A stretch of DNA of 64,000 nucleotides. Origin: an uncultured virus (IMG/VR IMGVR_UViG_3300025727_000005). Lineage: Duplodnaviria > Heunggongvirae > Uroviricota > Caudoviricetes. Shown here piece by piece: positions 1 through 10,911 of the stretch. A program made the position numbers and the translations under genes. The notes beneath the pieces are model-generated. The model saw nothing but the letters and a program-made list of their open reading frames with translations, searched no databases and was not told where the DNA came from. Position 1 is the stretch's first letter. Every line of letters starts with the position of its first letter. The stretch lies in IMG/VR virus record IMGVR_UViG_3300025727_000005. The stretch is one strand, 5' to 3'.

Positions 1-2
1 AT

Positions 3-3000
3 GATGGTTTGGGGTTGAATGTCCGTTGTGTTGTTTCCTCACCAGATACATTCCAAATTCGCATAGCAGACGATGATACTTACTCATCAGAAATCGCCAA
101 TGAGCTTCAACAGAGTCTTAATCAAGGTACAGGTTCTGGAGGTAAGTTGGTCATTTCTTCCCCTACCTCACAGGGTAAGGCGATAGGGATATATGACTTA
201 CTAGCGAATGATGTTGTGGCTCGATCAAGGATCAATCTTTACAATGGTTATGTTCAACCTGTGGATGACATCATCTCTACTACAACGGGTAAAGTGGTGG
301 GCGATGCAGATGGATCATTTAAGTTTAACTTATTGAGTTCGGGTGATTGGATCGCACCAGGTATGGAGGATCACATCACAAGAGAGATTTACCCTCGTTA
401 TGTGAGCATGGAGTATCTGACTCCTCTTAATCCATTAAACCCTTTTCCAACACCTGAAGATACTATCTTGATTGGAGGAGTACCTCCAGAGTCGGATCGG
501 TTATCTTTGTTGTTATTACAGCAGAGGGATTTGATCGAGAATGAGATGGATGACTATGTTCTCATAGGTCAAAGGGAGAAGACATCATTCGACTTTGGTG
601 CAGGCATTTTAAACTTATATTTGAGATATGATTATATACCTGTCTATCGAGCCATGTGGAAAAGACATAGGTTCAGTCGGTTATTCCCAACAAGTACGAG
701 AATGTACTCATATCGCTCACCTGGGACACTTAACACCTCAACCAATGGTAATACCATAGCCAATGTTCAAAACAACGCTCTAGGGCAAATAGAGAACATC
801 ACTTCGCTTCCTATGATTAAGCGTAGGTCAGCTAGGTTTAGGGTCTATGACTTCTCTCTTACAGGATTCCCTAGCATAGATGCAGGATCAAGTGGGAAGC
901 CGACATTTATCCTTTCGGCTTTACCTTTAGATGAGTTCCCTATTAATAGTGCGACTGGTATTGTAGACACCGCACAGTTCATGTCTGAGGGAGGAGATCT
1001 CGCTGATGTTGTTGTGGGTAATGTTGACAGGACATTTAACGGTCTTAATCCTTTATCTAAAATTAAATTAAGTCGTAATGGTGGGGATTTCTATCCAATC
1101 CTAAACACAGCCCGAACAGCAACTCTTGTGGACTTAGGTTTATTCCCACCTTTAGAGCAAGAAGCACCTCGTAATGCAACGGTTTCTAGTGTGTTGAAAG
1201 GTTGTTTAGTTGTTCTCAATGGGAACGCATTTACATTAAAGATTAATGGTGAGTCTTTGACTAAAAACCCACCTAAGCGTGGAGATACTATTATTGAATC
1301 TTTCGCTCGTGATCTTGATGATGAAAGTTCACCGAACACTACATTTAGAGTTGGTTCTGATATAGGTCTTAAGAGTAGCACAGGAGAACTGGTAGATATA
1401 AGCCTCCCAAGTTTTAATGACCCCGATTGGCCTATTAAAGAGATAGTCGGTCAGACAGTGCCTAGTGGTAGATTAGCCTTAGAAGGGGTTGTTGATTTCA
1501 CATATACTGAAACCACACCGTTCAGATACCCTGCTTTAGACGGAGACTCTTTAGATGACACAGGGGATGAGTCTATACCGTATATGAGCAGATTTAATGA
1601 GAGGGACTTATTACCTCAAATACCTCCTGCTTTGAATGGACTTCAAGTACAGACCACCAATGCCATATCGGGTGTTGATGAGTATGCTTATCCAGATGAA
1701 GCTAGAGGTACAGCTAGTATCTCGAATGGGATCATCACAACAAGCGAAGATTTCTCTGCTTTGAATGGGATCTGTGAGCAAGCACCAAGACAGGGTGATC
1801 TGCTTATATTGAAGCCCGATTCAAGCGATGCTTCTACAGGTGTCCTTGAGATCGCAACTATTAATGGGTCTGAGATCTTGCCCCCAACATACACTACACC
1901 TGGTGCTGTGTCATGTAGGATACCAAACTTGATGGCAGACTTTAGAGAGTTCTCTAATGGTGTTTTCATCGAGGAAGATTGGCCTTTCAACGCAGTAACT
2001 GGTCTCCATGATAGATCCGAGTTGAAGATGTACTTTTTTCAACACTCGATACAAGAACTCTTTGACAACCCACAAGCTGATTTAGAGATCACAGTTCACA
2101 TTCATAACTTTGATGACAATGTGACAAACCCAAACATAAACGCTCACTCATTTCGTTTTAGATATGACGGAGCTAACTGGGAAGTTGCTTTAATAAATGA
2201 GCTTACCCCCTCAGAAACTATCGTACCTAATCTCTCAGTTTCAGCTACAGCCCCTAGTGAGCTAACAATCGTTCAAGATCCCGTACCTAACCCATTCGAT
2301 CCCTCTACAGAAACTTGGGCAGACTCTGCGGATATGGGATCTTGGCTTTTTGAAGATTATTGGGACGGTGTAAATCACTTCTATAATCCAATACCCCCTA
2401 TTGGTGGGTCTACTGGATATATATTCACACAACGACAAGGGGGGTCAATGACTCCCTCAAATTATCGCATTTCTGTTAAGAGTAATGCTACGGTCTTAGA
2501 TAATCGTGTGGATGTCGTGTTCCCTATGAGCCTCATTCCTCATGCGTTCATACAAGATCCTATTTATGCAGGTGGTTCTAATACAGATCAAAAACTAATC
2601 ATTGATGGAACAACGCTAGGGGTTAAAGAGGAAGGCGGAGTTGGAACAGATACAATCACCTCCGATGTGAATGATGGGGATTTTTATTTCTCGTCTGTTA
2701 ACGACACAACATTAAGACCACTATCTCTTGACGGTATCACACGGTCAGATGATCCAATGTCAATCTTCATTGGGTCAGAGGTAGATGAGACAGATACGAT
2801 TTTACAAGGCACAGCTCGATCTGGACTTGTCAACTCAGCGGGTAATGAAGATAAAGGTAAAGGCATACTTCGTAATGTGTCCCCTACACAGGGTACAACG
2901 GCTCAAGTCCACACAGGTGATCTGCTGTATATTGAGAGTGGTCACAATGCGGGTACACATCGGGTCTTAGATGTCATAGAGACTGATATAAGCTCAGAGA

Positions 3001-5210
3001 TCACAGAAACTTTGGGGTCAAGCCAAGTCCTACCCGTAGTGTTCCCTAAAGTTGTAAGCCTAGACACAGGCACAAAAGTTTTAACTACAGATGTAGCTGA
3101 TCTCACGCAATACTTTAGCGACCTCAATGCTGGCTCTATCTACATCATATTAAATGATAACTACACTAACACCCCCACTCCAACATTAGACTCTACTCCA
3201 GCTCTCGTTAAAGACCCAGTATTTGGTGTCTCTATTATTAAGGTCGATTACACTAACATCGCAGGGTCAGAGATCACTTTGGATTTCCCATGTGAATATG
3301 CAGATGGAACAGGTATCGCAAACGCTACTGGTTTGAATACGATCTTAGGGAGTTATAACCAAGTCATTGGCGGGGTGAATAAGATACCTTTCAACTTAGA
3401 GGCAACAGGTTTAGCAAGTAATGGTTTATCTGCCTCCTTTGGGGTAGACCTAACCTTACAGATGATCGTAGGTGGTGGTATCGCAGGTTCAGCAAGTGCT
3501 TCAAATACGCCAGCTAATCCATTCTTAGAGACTCAAGTAGTTAGAACCGATAAAGGTTTAGTCTCACACATAACACTAGATGTCAGCGATGCTAATCTCT
3601 ATCCAGTCATTACAGATACAGGGAGTCAAACCTACGGTAAGTCTTTCTTATCTCCTAATGACACCATCACCTTAACTGTTAAGTTGGACGCAGGTCTTTA
3701 CCTTGATACAACATTCCCTCTACTCCTTAGAGAAGACTATAATGGCACTGCACCCGTTGAGTTTGGTGATGGCACAAGCCAAGTCAGATCCCCTATACAA
3801 TCTACCCTAACAAATCTACCCGCATGGGATTGGTATGAGGAAGTCACATTCACTGTTCGCAGACTCAGACGCTTCACAGATGTGTTCTCGAAGCTCATCT
3901 ATGCGTTCGAGGGGTTTCGATACCTTTATGAGCAACGAGTTGGTCGAGTAGATAGTGTGGCTTACGCAAATGGTGTGATTACCCTTACACCACTCAAGGT
4001 TGATGGTGAGGGTGTTGCTGATGTTAATGGTACAGATACACAGGTAGGGGACTTTGCAAATGTTGTGTCTGTAGGAGATCAAGTACAGTGCGTTAATGCG
4101 TCTAACCTTGAGACTCTTTATTTGAGAATCCTTGAAGTTGGTTCTACGCTCAAATGTTCCGCAATCAGAGGTTCAGTCTCCGTTGTTTCCAACGGTGATG
4201 TTTTTAAGATCATCACTCGTGTTCCTCTTATCCCCGAACTACAAGCGTTCGATCAGTTTATTGAACATGGCTTCACAGAGGTTCATTCTACAACGCCACA
4301 GGCTGGTATCTCTGTCGGGTTTGAGAATATACTTACAGACACTAACGCTGACTTCATCTCACTTGGTGTAGCAACAGGTGATTTCTTAGTTATCGACCCT
4401 CAAGGAGAGTTGGCAGGTTCTAACCCGACCGAATATGGATCACCACCTAAAGGAGATAATGGAGATGGTACTGTAGGGTCATCTCATGTTCTTGATGACA
4501 ATAGGGGAGCTTACAAGGTGGTATCTGTAGATGATGCTAACACACTTGCTGTTGAGTTTTATGCAGGGGATAGTGGAACTGCTAGAACAACTTATAAACT
4601 CTTGCCCTCTGTTAATGGGGATGACGCTCAACCATTGCGTGAGACTTCTAGTATAGTCGGTAGCTCCTATGCGACAACCAATCACTCGATCCATCCATTC
4701 TCTTATCGTATCCTTAGACGGAAGACCACTCTTGGGGAGTCGCTTGCAGGTTCGTTCTTGTTCTTTAGGGAGAGGACGCTTTCATGGGTAGAGGTTATTC
4801 GTTCTTTCAACGCACTCCCTACTCAGCCATACACATGGTCGCAATATGAAACCGAGAACTTGATTGATAGCGTAGGTGTTGCAGACCTCAGTCACCCATC
4901 TAATGATCTCTTATTACAAAACATCTTAGGTAATGAAGTTCCCAATCCTTTTGAGAACAATGAAACTTGTTTATCTGTATATGATAGGCGAATGTTGATT
5001 GAAGACCCGAAGATGGCAGAAGAGGGGTATGGGACACCCGAAGAGGGCATCCCAACGGTGCTTGAAAATGATATATCTTCTATGAACGCTAGAGATAATA
5101 GGTACGCATGGATTTCTGTTCGTACCGATCAAGTAAACGGCACTCTCTCTAAACTTAGTAGGGTGAATCTTAACAACCCCGATGACACAGCATTGGAGGA
5201 CATCAAATGA
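3..5210 (+). CDS. very large virion structural protein (baseplate/tail-associated), 5'-truncated by window edge
   Basis: >1730-aa ORF open to the window edge; acidic, Thr/Gly/Asp-rich, beta-strand-like composition typical of virion proteins; no enzyme motif seen. Confidence 0.55.
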   Translation, partial: DGLGLNVRCVVSSPDTFQIRIADDDTYSSEIANELQQSLNQGTGSGGKLVISSPTSQGKAIGIYDLLANDVVARSRINLYNGYVQPVDDIISTTTGKVVGDADGSFKFNLLSSGDWIAPGMEDHITREIYPRYVSMEYLTPLNPLNPFPTPEDTILIGGVPPESDRLSLLLLQQRDLIENEMDDYVLIGQREKTSFDFGAGILNLYLRYDYIPVYRAMWKRHRFSRLFPTSTRMYSYRSPGTLNTSTNGNTIANVQNNALGQIENITSLPMIKRRSARFRVYDFSLTGFPSIDAGSSGKPTFILSALPLDEFPINSATGIVDTAQFMSEGGDLADVVVGNVDRTFNGLNPLSKIKLSRNGGDFYPILNTARTATLVDLGLFPPLEQEAPRNATVSSVLKGCLVVLNGNAFTLKINGESLTKNPPKRGDTIIESFARDLDDESSPNTTFRVGSDIGLKSSTGELVDISLPSFNDPDWPIKEIVGQTVPSGRLALEGVVDFTYTETTPFRYPALDGDSLDDTGDESIPYMSRFNERDLLPQIPPALNGLQVQTTNAISGVDEYAYPDEARGTASISNGIITTSEDFSALNGICEQAPRQGDLLILKPDSSDASTGVLEIATINGSEILPPTYTTPGAVSCRIPNLMADFREFSNGVFIEEDWPFNAVTGLHDRSELKMYFFQHSIQELFDNPQADLEITVHIHNFDDNVTNPNINAHSFRFRYDGANWEVALINELTPSETIVPNLSVSATAPSELTIVQDPVPNPFDPSTETWADSADMGSWLFEDYWDGVNHFYNPIPPIGGSTGYIFTQRQGGSMTPSNYRISVKSNATVLDNRVDVVFPMSLIPHAFIQDPIYAGGSNTDQKLIIDGTTLGVKEEGGVGTDTITSDVNDGDFYFSSVNDTTLRPLSLDGITRSDDPMSIFIGSEVDETDTILQGTARSGLVNSAGNEDKGKGILRNVSPTQGTTAQVHTGDLLYIESGHNAGTHRVLDVIETDISSEITETLGSSQVLPVVFPKVVSLDTGTKVLTTDVADLTQYFSDLNAGSIYIILNDNYTNTPTPTLDSTPALVKDPVFGVSIIKVDYTNIAGSEITLDFPCEYADGTGIANATGLNTILGSYNQVIGGVNKIPFNLEATGLASNGLSASFGVDLTLQMIVGGGIAGSASASNTPANPFLETQVVRTDKGLVSHITLDVSDANLYPVITDTGSQTYGKSFLSPNDTITLTVKLDAGLYLDTTFPLLLREDYNGTAPVEFGDGTSQVRSPIQSTLTNLPAWDWYEEVTFTVRRLRRFTDVFSKLIYAFEGFRYLYEQRVGRVDSVAYANGVITLTPLKVDGEGVADVNGTDTQVGDFANVVSVGDQVQCVNASNLETLYLRILEVGSTLKCSAIRGSVSVVSNGDVFKIITRVPLIPELQAFDQFIEHGFTEVHSTTPQAGISVGFENILTDTNADFISLGVATGDFLVIDPQGELAGSNPTEYGSPPKGDNGDGTVGSSHVLDDNRGAYKVVSVDDANTLAVEFYAGDSGTARTTYKLLPSVNGDDAQPLRETSSIVGSSYATTNHSIHPFSYRILRRKTTLGESLAGSFLFFRERTLSWVEVIRSFNALPTQPYTWSQYETENLIDSVGVADLSHPSNDLLLQNILGNEVPNPFENNETCLSVYDRRMLIEDPKMAEEGYGTPEEGIPTVLENDISSMNARDNRYAWISVRTDQVNGTLSKLSRVNLNNPDDTALEDIK

Positions 5211-5416
5211 GTAATGAAAATAAATGGACTAGAACACCCGAAGAGCCAAACCTTAATGGCACAGAGGTAGGGAAGCTCTTAGATAACTTAAAGACGCTTC
5301 AAGCACACTACGAGGGTAAGCTACAAGGGGATTTAGGTAACTTAGCTGTTCTTGAACAAGCACTCGCTAAGTGGGAACTACAAAAAAGAAATAGAAAGGT
5401 AGACCCCAATGGCTGA
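5207..5416 (+). CDS. small hypothetical coiled-coil protein
   Basis: ATGA overlap with upstream gene, GGAGGA RBS, overlaps start of next gene. Confidence 0.7.
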   Translation: MSNENKWTRTPEEPNLNGTEVGKLLDNLKTLQAHYEGKLQGDLGNLAVLEQALAKWELQKRNRKVDPNG

Positions 5417-7859
5417 GGACAACCCCACTTTTACCGTCAAAGCTCCAGGCTTTAACACTTGGGGTAATGTCGGTATTTCAAAAGACAACGATTTTTATAA
5501 GCTCTTAGACGAAACCAAAGAGAAAACGGATGCTGTCTTTGAGGTCGTCAATCTTGTTTTTGATCTAGTCAACTCTGCGTTAGATTTTATTGCTTCCCTA
5601 CTGATTGACTTCACTAATCCTTTGAAGCCCATCATTGAAGCAATCATCGCTTTCTTAGACTCTTTTATCTCTGACCTTCGCAACTTTGGCTGGTATCTTA
5701 CTTACGATAAAAAACAGTTTAAAAACCCAGCTGAAAAACTACTCGGTGGATATCCTGCATTTGAAAGTCGAATAATTGAAAAGCTGTTAAAGATCAAAGA
5801 TCCTACTCGACCTAACTTCTCTCCCGAAAGTAAAGTGTTCGCAATGACCTTCTTTGCAGGAGCAGACGCATCATCACTAGGTGCGATTATTTCGGCTATA
5901 AAGAAGTTACTTAAACTTTTCCTCACCCTTAAAGGTCCGAGCGATAAGGCTGAAGCCCCCATCAACTTACAGGTCGGTTATTACAATGATGTTGTAGGTA
6001 GCATCGAGATACCAAATGTGTATAAACCCGATGGGGTAAGGGTTAAATGGAATCTACCTCCCCCTCCCTCAACAAATAAGATCCTGCCCAAGTCGTTCAT
6101 ACTACCAGATTATTTCTTATTCTCTGTGGCTACTCGACAGGCAACCGAACGAATCGCTTACATCAACAGAAAACCGAGAGATCCTTATGATGAGGTGGGT
6201 ATAGACGCATTCGGACCAGAAAAGTCTACCGTTCAAGAATTAATAGGGGATCTAGACGCTAGACTATGGCCTCTCATCAAGACTGACAGTGAGTTCACTA
6301 AGCTCGATGAGTCTAAAGTTCTTGAACGACTTGATCAGATGCCCGATGGGATTGGCACTCTAGGGTCGTTCATCTTAAAGGGAGATGATGACTATTACCT
6401 CAACAAGATTGGAGAGGAGAAAATCTCTGATGTTTATAGGTGTTTCGTATATGGAAGTGGTGGGGGAGCATTGTTTGGAGACAATGACTTCTCTTTCGAC
6501 ATCCCCCTAGAATCCCTAAAGATCAATGACAGTTTAGCGTCAGAGTATTTCATCACGATATATTCTCTCACAATGGAATCAAACGACTATGACTCTATAT
6601 CTAAGAAAAAGAAGGATCTGCCAAGTGGGGGGCTGAACATAAGAGTAGGCACACACGAACTAGTAGAAACAGGCGAATTTCTTATTAATAAGCCGTGGGG
6701 GAACAAATATTATCTAGGGATAGAAGCTGGAGAACTGTCTAAGCCCTCAGCCACAGTAGTAGTTAAAAGCCCATCTGAGATACGAGAAAAATACCTCAAA
6801 GCAGTTAAGTTTTATTTCCTCGCTCACTTATTGGCACAGCCATATATTGAAAGCCACAAAGCAAAACTTGGGTATGAAAATCCTGTGGGTAAAGAGGAAA
6901 CACTCTTAAAAGAGTTCGCAGAAAGCATCGAAGGAAAACATCTCCATCAAAATAAGCAGAGTCGTAAAGTATTTGCTTTAGGTATCCAAGAATGGCTAAG
7001 AAAGATCATGATTAGGTTTAAGGAGGGTATGCCCTCAGATGCGACTCTTAGGTCTTTATCTAATAGCCTAGATAAGATCAACAGTTTCCCTCTTGACTTG
7101 GAGGTGCTGGTAAAGAATGAGGTAGAAGGAGAGCATCATGATTTAGATCTTTATCCAGATCTTAGGTCGGTTCTAGATAGCATCAAAAACATTGAAATAG
7201 AACAGGAACTTATAACTTCTAACTACGATGGAGTTGCACAGTTCATGTATGCAGGTACTAAACCAAAGTATAAGGCTTCAGACTTCATGCACGATAAATG
7301 GCCAGAGAGTAAACAACCTGTGATCTTTGACGATGCCATGACTGGGTTTGTAGGTCACCTCATCTTCCACAAAGAGTTCAGAGAAACATTCAGACTCGCA
7401 CAAAGAGTGGTGACCCTAAGCCCTCCTTCTGTTGGAGGAGGGGAATGGCTAAACCAACGACCTTTTAGAGACTCCGACCTAAGTGCTTTGACTAACTTTA
7501 TAGACACAGTTAAAAAGTACATGGAAGGATTTCTTAAAGGTCTTGAGGGGATTGTCGCTCAAATACTGAAGTTCATCCATATGTTGAAAACTAGGATAGC
7601 TCAAGTGCAGGCGATCATAGCGAGAATAAAAGCTCTCATAGACTTAATACTGAGCTTCAGATTTCCTGCTGGTCTATATGGCACATTCCATTTAGCTGAT
7701 GGTACAGCGGGTCTTGTTTCAGCATTACAACAGTCCGAAGATAAGCCCGACATAGGTACTAGTGGTTATGGGACTGGTGTAATGGTGGTTGCAGGTGGTG
7801 TTCCTACTATACTTATTGATTTTTTGATCGCCCTTATGGGTGGAGAGGGAGAGGAATAA
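5409..7859 (+). CDS. hypothetical virion-associated protein with amphipathic helical N- and C-termini
   Basis: 816-aa ORF in operon with structural-type genes. Confidence 0.6.
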   Translation: MAEDNPTFTVKAPGFNTWGNVGISKDNDFYKLLDETKEKTDAVFEVVNLVFDLVNSALDFIASLLIDFTNPLKPIIEAIIAFLDSFISDLRNFGWYLTYDKKQFKNPAEKLLGGYPAFESRIIEKLLKIKDPTRPNFSPESKVFAMTFFAGADASSLGAIISAIKKLLKLFLTLKGPSDKAEAPINLQVGYYNDVVGSIEIPNVYKPDGVRVKWNLPPPPSTNKILPKSFILPDYFLFSVATRQATERIAYINRKPRDPYDEVGIDAFGPEKSTVQELIGDLDARLWPLIKTDSEFTKLDESKVLERLDQMPDGIGTLGSFILKGDDDYYLNKIGEEKISDVYRCFVYGSGGGALFGDNDFSFDIPLESLKINDSLASEYFITIYSLTMESNDYDSISKKKKDLPSGGLNIRVGTHELVETGEFLINKPWGNKYYLGIEAGELSKPSATVVVKSPSEIREKYLKAVKFYFLAHLLAQPYIESHKAKLGYENPVGKEETLLKEFAESIEGKHLHQNKQSRKVFALGIQEWLRKIMIRFKEGMPSDATLRSLSNSLDKINSFPLDLEVLVKNEVEGEHHDLDLYPDLRSVLDSIKNIEIEQELITSNYDGVAQFMYAGTKPKYKASDFMHDKWPESKQPVIFDDAMTGFVGHLIFHKEFRETFRLAQRVVTLSPPSVGGGEWLNQRPFRDSDLSALTNFIDTVKKYMEGFLKGLEGIVAQILKFIHMLKTRIAQVQAIIARIKALIDLILSFRFPAGLYGTFHLADGTAGLVSALQQSEDKPDIGTSGYGTGVMVVAGGVPTILIDFLIALMGGEGEE

Positions 7860-8827
7860 TGAGCTTCGGTTGGAACTGTATGTTTCGTAAAGGACAGTGG
7901 CTAGAGTTTAGACGCTTTGTCCTTCTTCAAAGACAGAATGTAGGTTATCGTATCAACTACATAAATAAAGAGATTAGTCATATAGGAGAAATACGCATCT
8001 CTTATGAAAAGGTAGGTGAAGGCGAGGATCAAAGAGTAACAGAAAAAAGAGTGGGTCTTGAAGTTGGCGTGAACTCGGTTCTCGGCAAACTCTTAAAAGC
8101 ATATATCGCACAGGGTGGAAATCCTTTTGACATCTCTATGTTTTTAAAGCCAGATTCTTATCAATGGGTAGAGAGAGAGGTAGAGGCAAGTAGTGAGCAA
8201 GGTACAGTCACTGACTCTCAAGGGAACACACAAAATGTGTATAAAAGTTATGATCTGCCCTATGGTGGTACTTTGTGGCCTAGAACAGCAACGGCTGAAG
8301 AATCCGAACAAGTAGACACATCGGGTTGGTTACCTCTACTAAAGTATCCAGGGTGGAGACTAGGTGGTAGTAATAAAAGCATTTACCCTAGAGCCGATGA
8401 GATAGGTGGGGTGATCTACCATGCTCGTAAATGGGCGACACAAGAAATATCTCATTTAAGGAACAACCTAGAAGCGAGGATCATCAAGCTCTGTGATTTA
8501 AGAGAACAACTCTTAATTGAGAGGGATGATCTCTTATTTAACGCTCTTTCTGGCACTGCGTCTAAACTAGCTCCTTATGATCCTAACATACAACTTGATG
8601 AGGTACATCTTTCACACATCGTGACCAACATAGATCTCAACTACTTTGAGGCTATGGATCAAGAACAGATAGATCAGATTGAAGGCCCTCCTGCTCCGAA
8701 CACTGTTGACCGAGTTGCTTCAAGCGTACCCGACTTTAGCAAACTGAGGGATCGAGGACCAGAACCTTATTATAAATCGTTGCTTGACGATTATGAGAAT
8801 GGTGAAGAAGATAACACAGCTCTATGA
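7859..8827 (+). CDS. hypothetical phage protein
   Basis: 322-aa ORF, TAATG coupling, GAGGA RBS. Confidence 0.7.
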   Translation: MSFGWNCMFRKGQWLEFRRFVLLQRQNVGYRINYINKEISHIGEIRISYEKVGEGEDQRVTEKRVGLEVGVNSVLGKLLKAYIAQGGNPFDISMFLKPDSYQWVEREVEASSEQGTVTDSQGNTQNVYKSYDLPYGGTLWPRTATAEESEQVDTSGWLPLLKYPGWRLGGSNKSIYPRADEIGGVIYHARKWATQEISHLRNNLEARIIKLCDLREQLLIERDDLLFNALSGTASKLAPYDPNIQLDEVHLSHIVTNIDLNYFEAMDQEQIDQIEGPPAPNTVDRVASSVPDFSKLRDRGPEPYYKSLLDDYENGEEDNTAL

Positions 8828-9144
8828 TTTCTCTTGCTACAAATAAAATCGACTTCAAAAGAGGATGGTCTGATAAAGCCTTAGATGCGTTTCAAAAAGG
8901 CAAATGTAATATGTGTCTCATGTATTTCTCTGTAGGATTAATAGAGAGTGGATTCAAAAAGAACGGAGAGTATGCTGGAATGGAGCGTTGGTATTTAGCT
9001 GATACGGATATCTATATCTTAGTTAATACAAATACTTCCACTTGGGGATTCAATAATCATAGTCACTACCTCATAAAGGATTCTAAAGACTTCTTCGACA
9101 TCATTCGGAAAGTTTGGGATGAGAGGACCAAACCTGTCGAATAG
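8824..9144 (+). CDS. hypothetical protein
   Basis: ATGA overlap with upstream gene; 106 aa. Confidence 0.55.
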   Translation: MISLATNKIDFKRGWSDKALDAFQKGKCNMCLMYFSVGLIESGFKKNGEYAGMERWYLADTDIYILVNTNTSTWGFNNHSHYLIKDSKDFFDIIRKVWDERTKPVE

Positions 9145-9448
9145 TTACTAATACAAGATCTCCGTTCTCTCGAAAGCGACTACGAAGAGTCCAAGCCATG
9201 TCTAGCGACTGATGGCTTTCATCATCACTGACAAATAAAACTTTACATTGAGTGTCTGTGCTAAACTTCACATAGATTAAAATTTGTCCCTTACACCCTT
9301 TCATGATGTATTCTTTAGGTGAAGCACTTTGCGTTATAGCAAACCCACAATCCGACAACACTTCTTTAAGGTAATCCCATGAGTGTATGTGAGGATTAGG
9401 ATGCTCACATTTACGCTTACCATTTATTCTCTGTGTGAACATCGCCAT
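9101..9448 (-). CDS. hypothetical protein
   Basis: 115-aa ORF fills gap; start uncertain. Confidence 0.4.
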   Translation of the reverse strand: MAMFTQRINGKRKCEHPNPHIHSWDYLKEVLSDCGFAITQSASPKEYIMKGCKGQILIYVKFSTDTQCKVLFVSDDESHQSLDMAWTLRSRFRENGDLVLVTIRQVWSSHPKLSE

Positions 9449-9746
9449 GCCTAAAAGTCGGAGACAAGATATAAGAGAGTTCTTAGTGATACACTTTAAA
9501 AGTGAATCACAACCACAGACTGTGGAGAACTGTCTGAACGCTTATATCATACAGAGAGATTTGGGTGGAGACTATAAACTCAAAACCAACGAGGTTAAAA
9601 CATCAAAACCCACTAGCAAAAAGTCTCGTGTTCGACTCAGAGATCAGATCGCCCAAGAGCTAGGTGTGGTGAAGCAAATGGGTTTGATATGCCGTCTAAG
9701 ATATGGTGTCTATGTTAAGAAGTACCCACCTAGCAGATCACCTTAA
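9435..9746 (+). CDS. basic hypothetical protein, possibly winged-helix-like DNA binder
   Basis: 103-aa ORF, likely start MPKSRR at 9447; C-terminal 'GLICRLRYGVY' resembles a wHTH wing. Confidence 0.45.
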   Translation: MNIAMPKSRRQDIREFLVIHFKSESQPQTVENCLNAYIIQRDLGGDYKLKTNEVKTSKPTSKKSRVRLRDQIAQELGVVKQMGLICRLRYGVYVKKYPPSRSP

Positions 9747-10289
9747 ACGCTTATTGATCTCCCTAACTAATGCAGAAGCGTCATCCTCTGGTTTAAAGTT
9801 CGTGTCTAACTCAAAGTTAAACTTCCTGTCTCTGGAACTCACAACCCAATTACCTTTAAAATCATCATACTCGATTTCGATCATTTCCGTTAGACTCAAA
9901 CCCTTGCTCGGATAGATTTCGCCACGACCAATGTTTGAGTGTCCAAAAGTATAGTTTTGGAAATGGCAGTCTGTAAAAGGTTGTTTCTCTTCTAGGAGAG
10001 AAACTACTTTTTTGCCATCGTAATGAACCATCACATAGTCCTTAGTCTTAAAACGACCAGTGATTTCTACCTCCCCACTATTCCCGTCTTGCTTCTTGAA
10101 CTCAACACTAGAGACATCCCAATCAACACCTGGGTTGTTCTCTTTGAGGTAACCAATCACATTTTCTTCTATTTCAGAAGCTGTCTCAAAGTACATCTCA
10201 CTAGAGATAGGTAGCAACTGAGCTGACTTTTCAAGTCTGGCGACTCTTGATTCAAGGTCATTAATGATTTCTGAAGCTGATCTTCTCAT
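9738..10289 (-). CDS. MRRSASE-leader protein 1 (cargo unknown)
   Basis: starts MRRSASEIINDLESRVARLEKSA. Confidence 0.85.
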   Translation of the reverse strand: MRRSASEIINDLESRVARLEKSAQLLPISSEMYFETASEIEENVIGYLKENNPGVDWDVSSVEFKKQDGNSGEVEITGRFKTKDYVMVHYDGKKVVSLLEEKQPFTDCHFQNYTFGHSNIGRGEIYPSKGLSLTEMIEIEYDDFKGNWVVSSRDRKFNFELDTNFKPEDDASALVREINKRLR

Positions 10290-10298
10290 GGGTCATTC

Positions 10299-10862
10299 TC
10301 AATTCTTTCTATACTCAGCTATAGCAGGTGTAAAATACTCCGATAAAATAACCTCTGAGACTAACCCCTTGCGTGTACTCTTGACTCGACCCAAAGTGTC
10401 TCGTAATTGTCTAATTTTTGATTCCATACAAAGACATATATTAGACCCTTTACCAAAATCTTCAGCGTCTAGCTCTAACCAGAAATCAATCTCGTATTTT
10501 ATTCCCTTTATCATGAAAGAAACATCACCCCCCCCAAGTATGCTTTGAGAAATTTTCTCGTTATACATAGTCCCAATATTCATATCACTGCTGTTCATAT
10601 GGAAGTTGTGTACTTTAATGTTTGTCGCACCTTTAGATTTAAGTGCTTTCATCATTTGTTTAGGGAAAGTCTTTTGTATTTCAATGTCCACACCCCTCGC
10701 ATACGATAAAAGATATTTTCTCTGTTCATTTAAGTCGCCATAGTCATAAGGATAGCCATCGTCTTCTGGATTGCCCTCCTCGTCTTCTGGATAGGATCGT
10801 TTTTCAAGTCTAGCGACTCTAGTTTCAAGATTACGGATTATTTCTGATGCTGATCTTCTCAT
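10299..10862 (-). CDS. MRRSASE-leader protein 2 (cargo unknown)
   Basis: start moved to MRRSASEIIRNLETRVARLEKRS; GAAAGGTG RBS; promoter motif upstream. Confidence 0.85.
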   Translation of the reverse strand: MRRSASEIIRNLETRVARLEKRSYPEDEEGNPEDDGYPYDYGDLNEQRKYLLSYARGVDIEIQKTFPKQMMKALKSKGATNIKVHNFHMNSSDMNIGTMYNEKISQSILGGGDVSFMIKGIKYEIDFWLELDAEDFGKGSNICLCMESKIRQLRDTLGRVKSTRKGLVSEVILSEYFTPAIAEYRKN

Positions 10863-10894
10863 AATGGACACACCTTTCATCTAAAAGATGACGA

Positions 10895-10911
10895 CAATAA
10901 ATAAACTACTA
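10895..10911 (-). promoter_or_regulatory. putative late promoter motif (TAGTAGTTTATTTATTG)
   Basis: copy of recurrent motif; overlaps stop codon of PAPS-reductase-family gene. Confidence 0.6.
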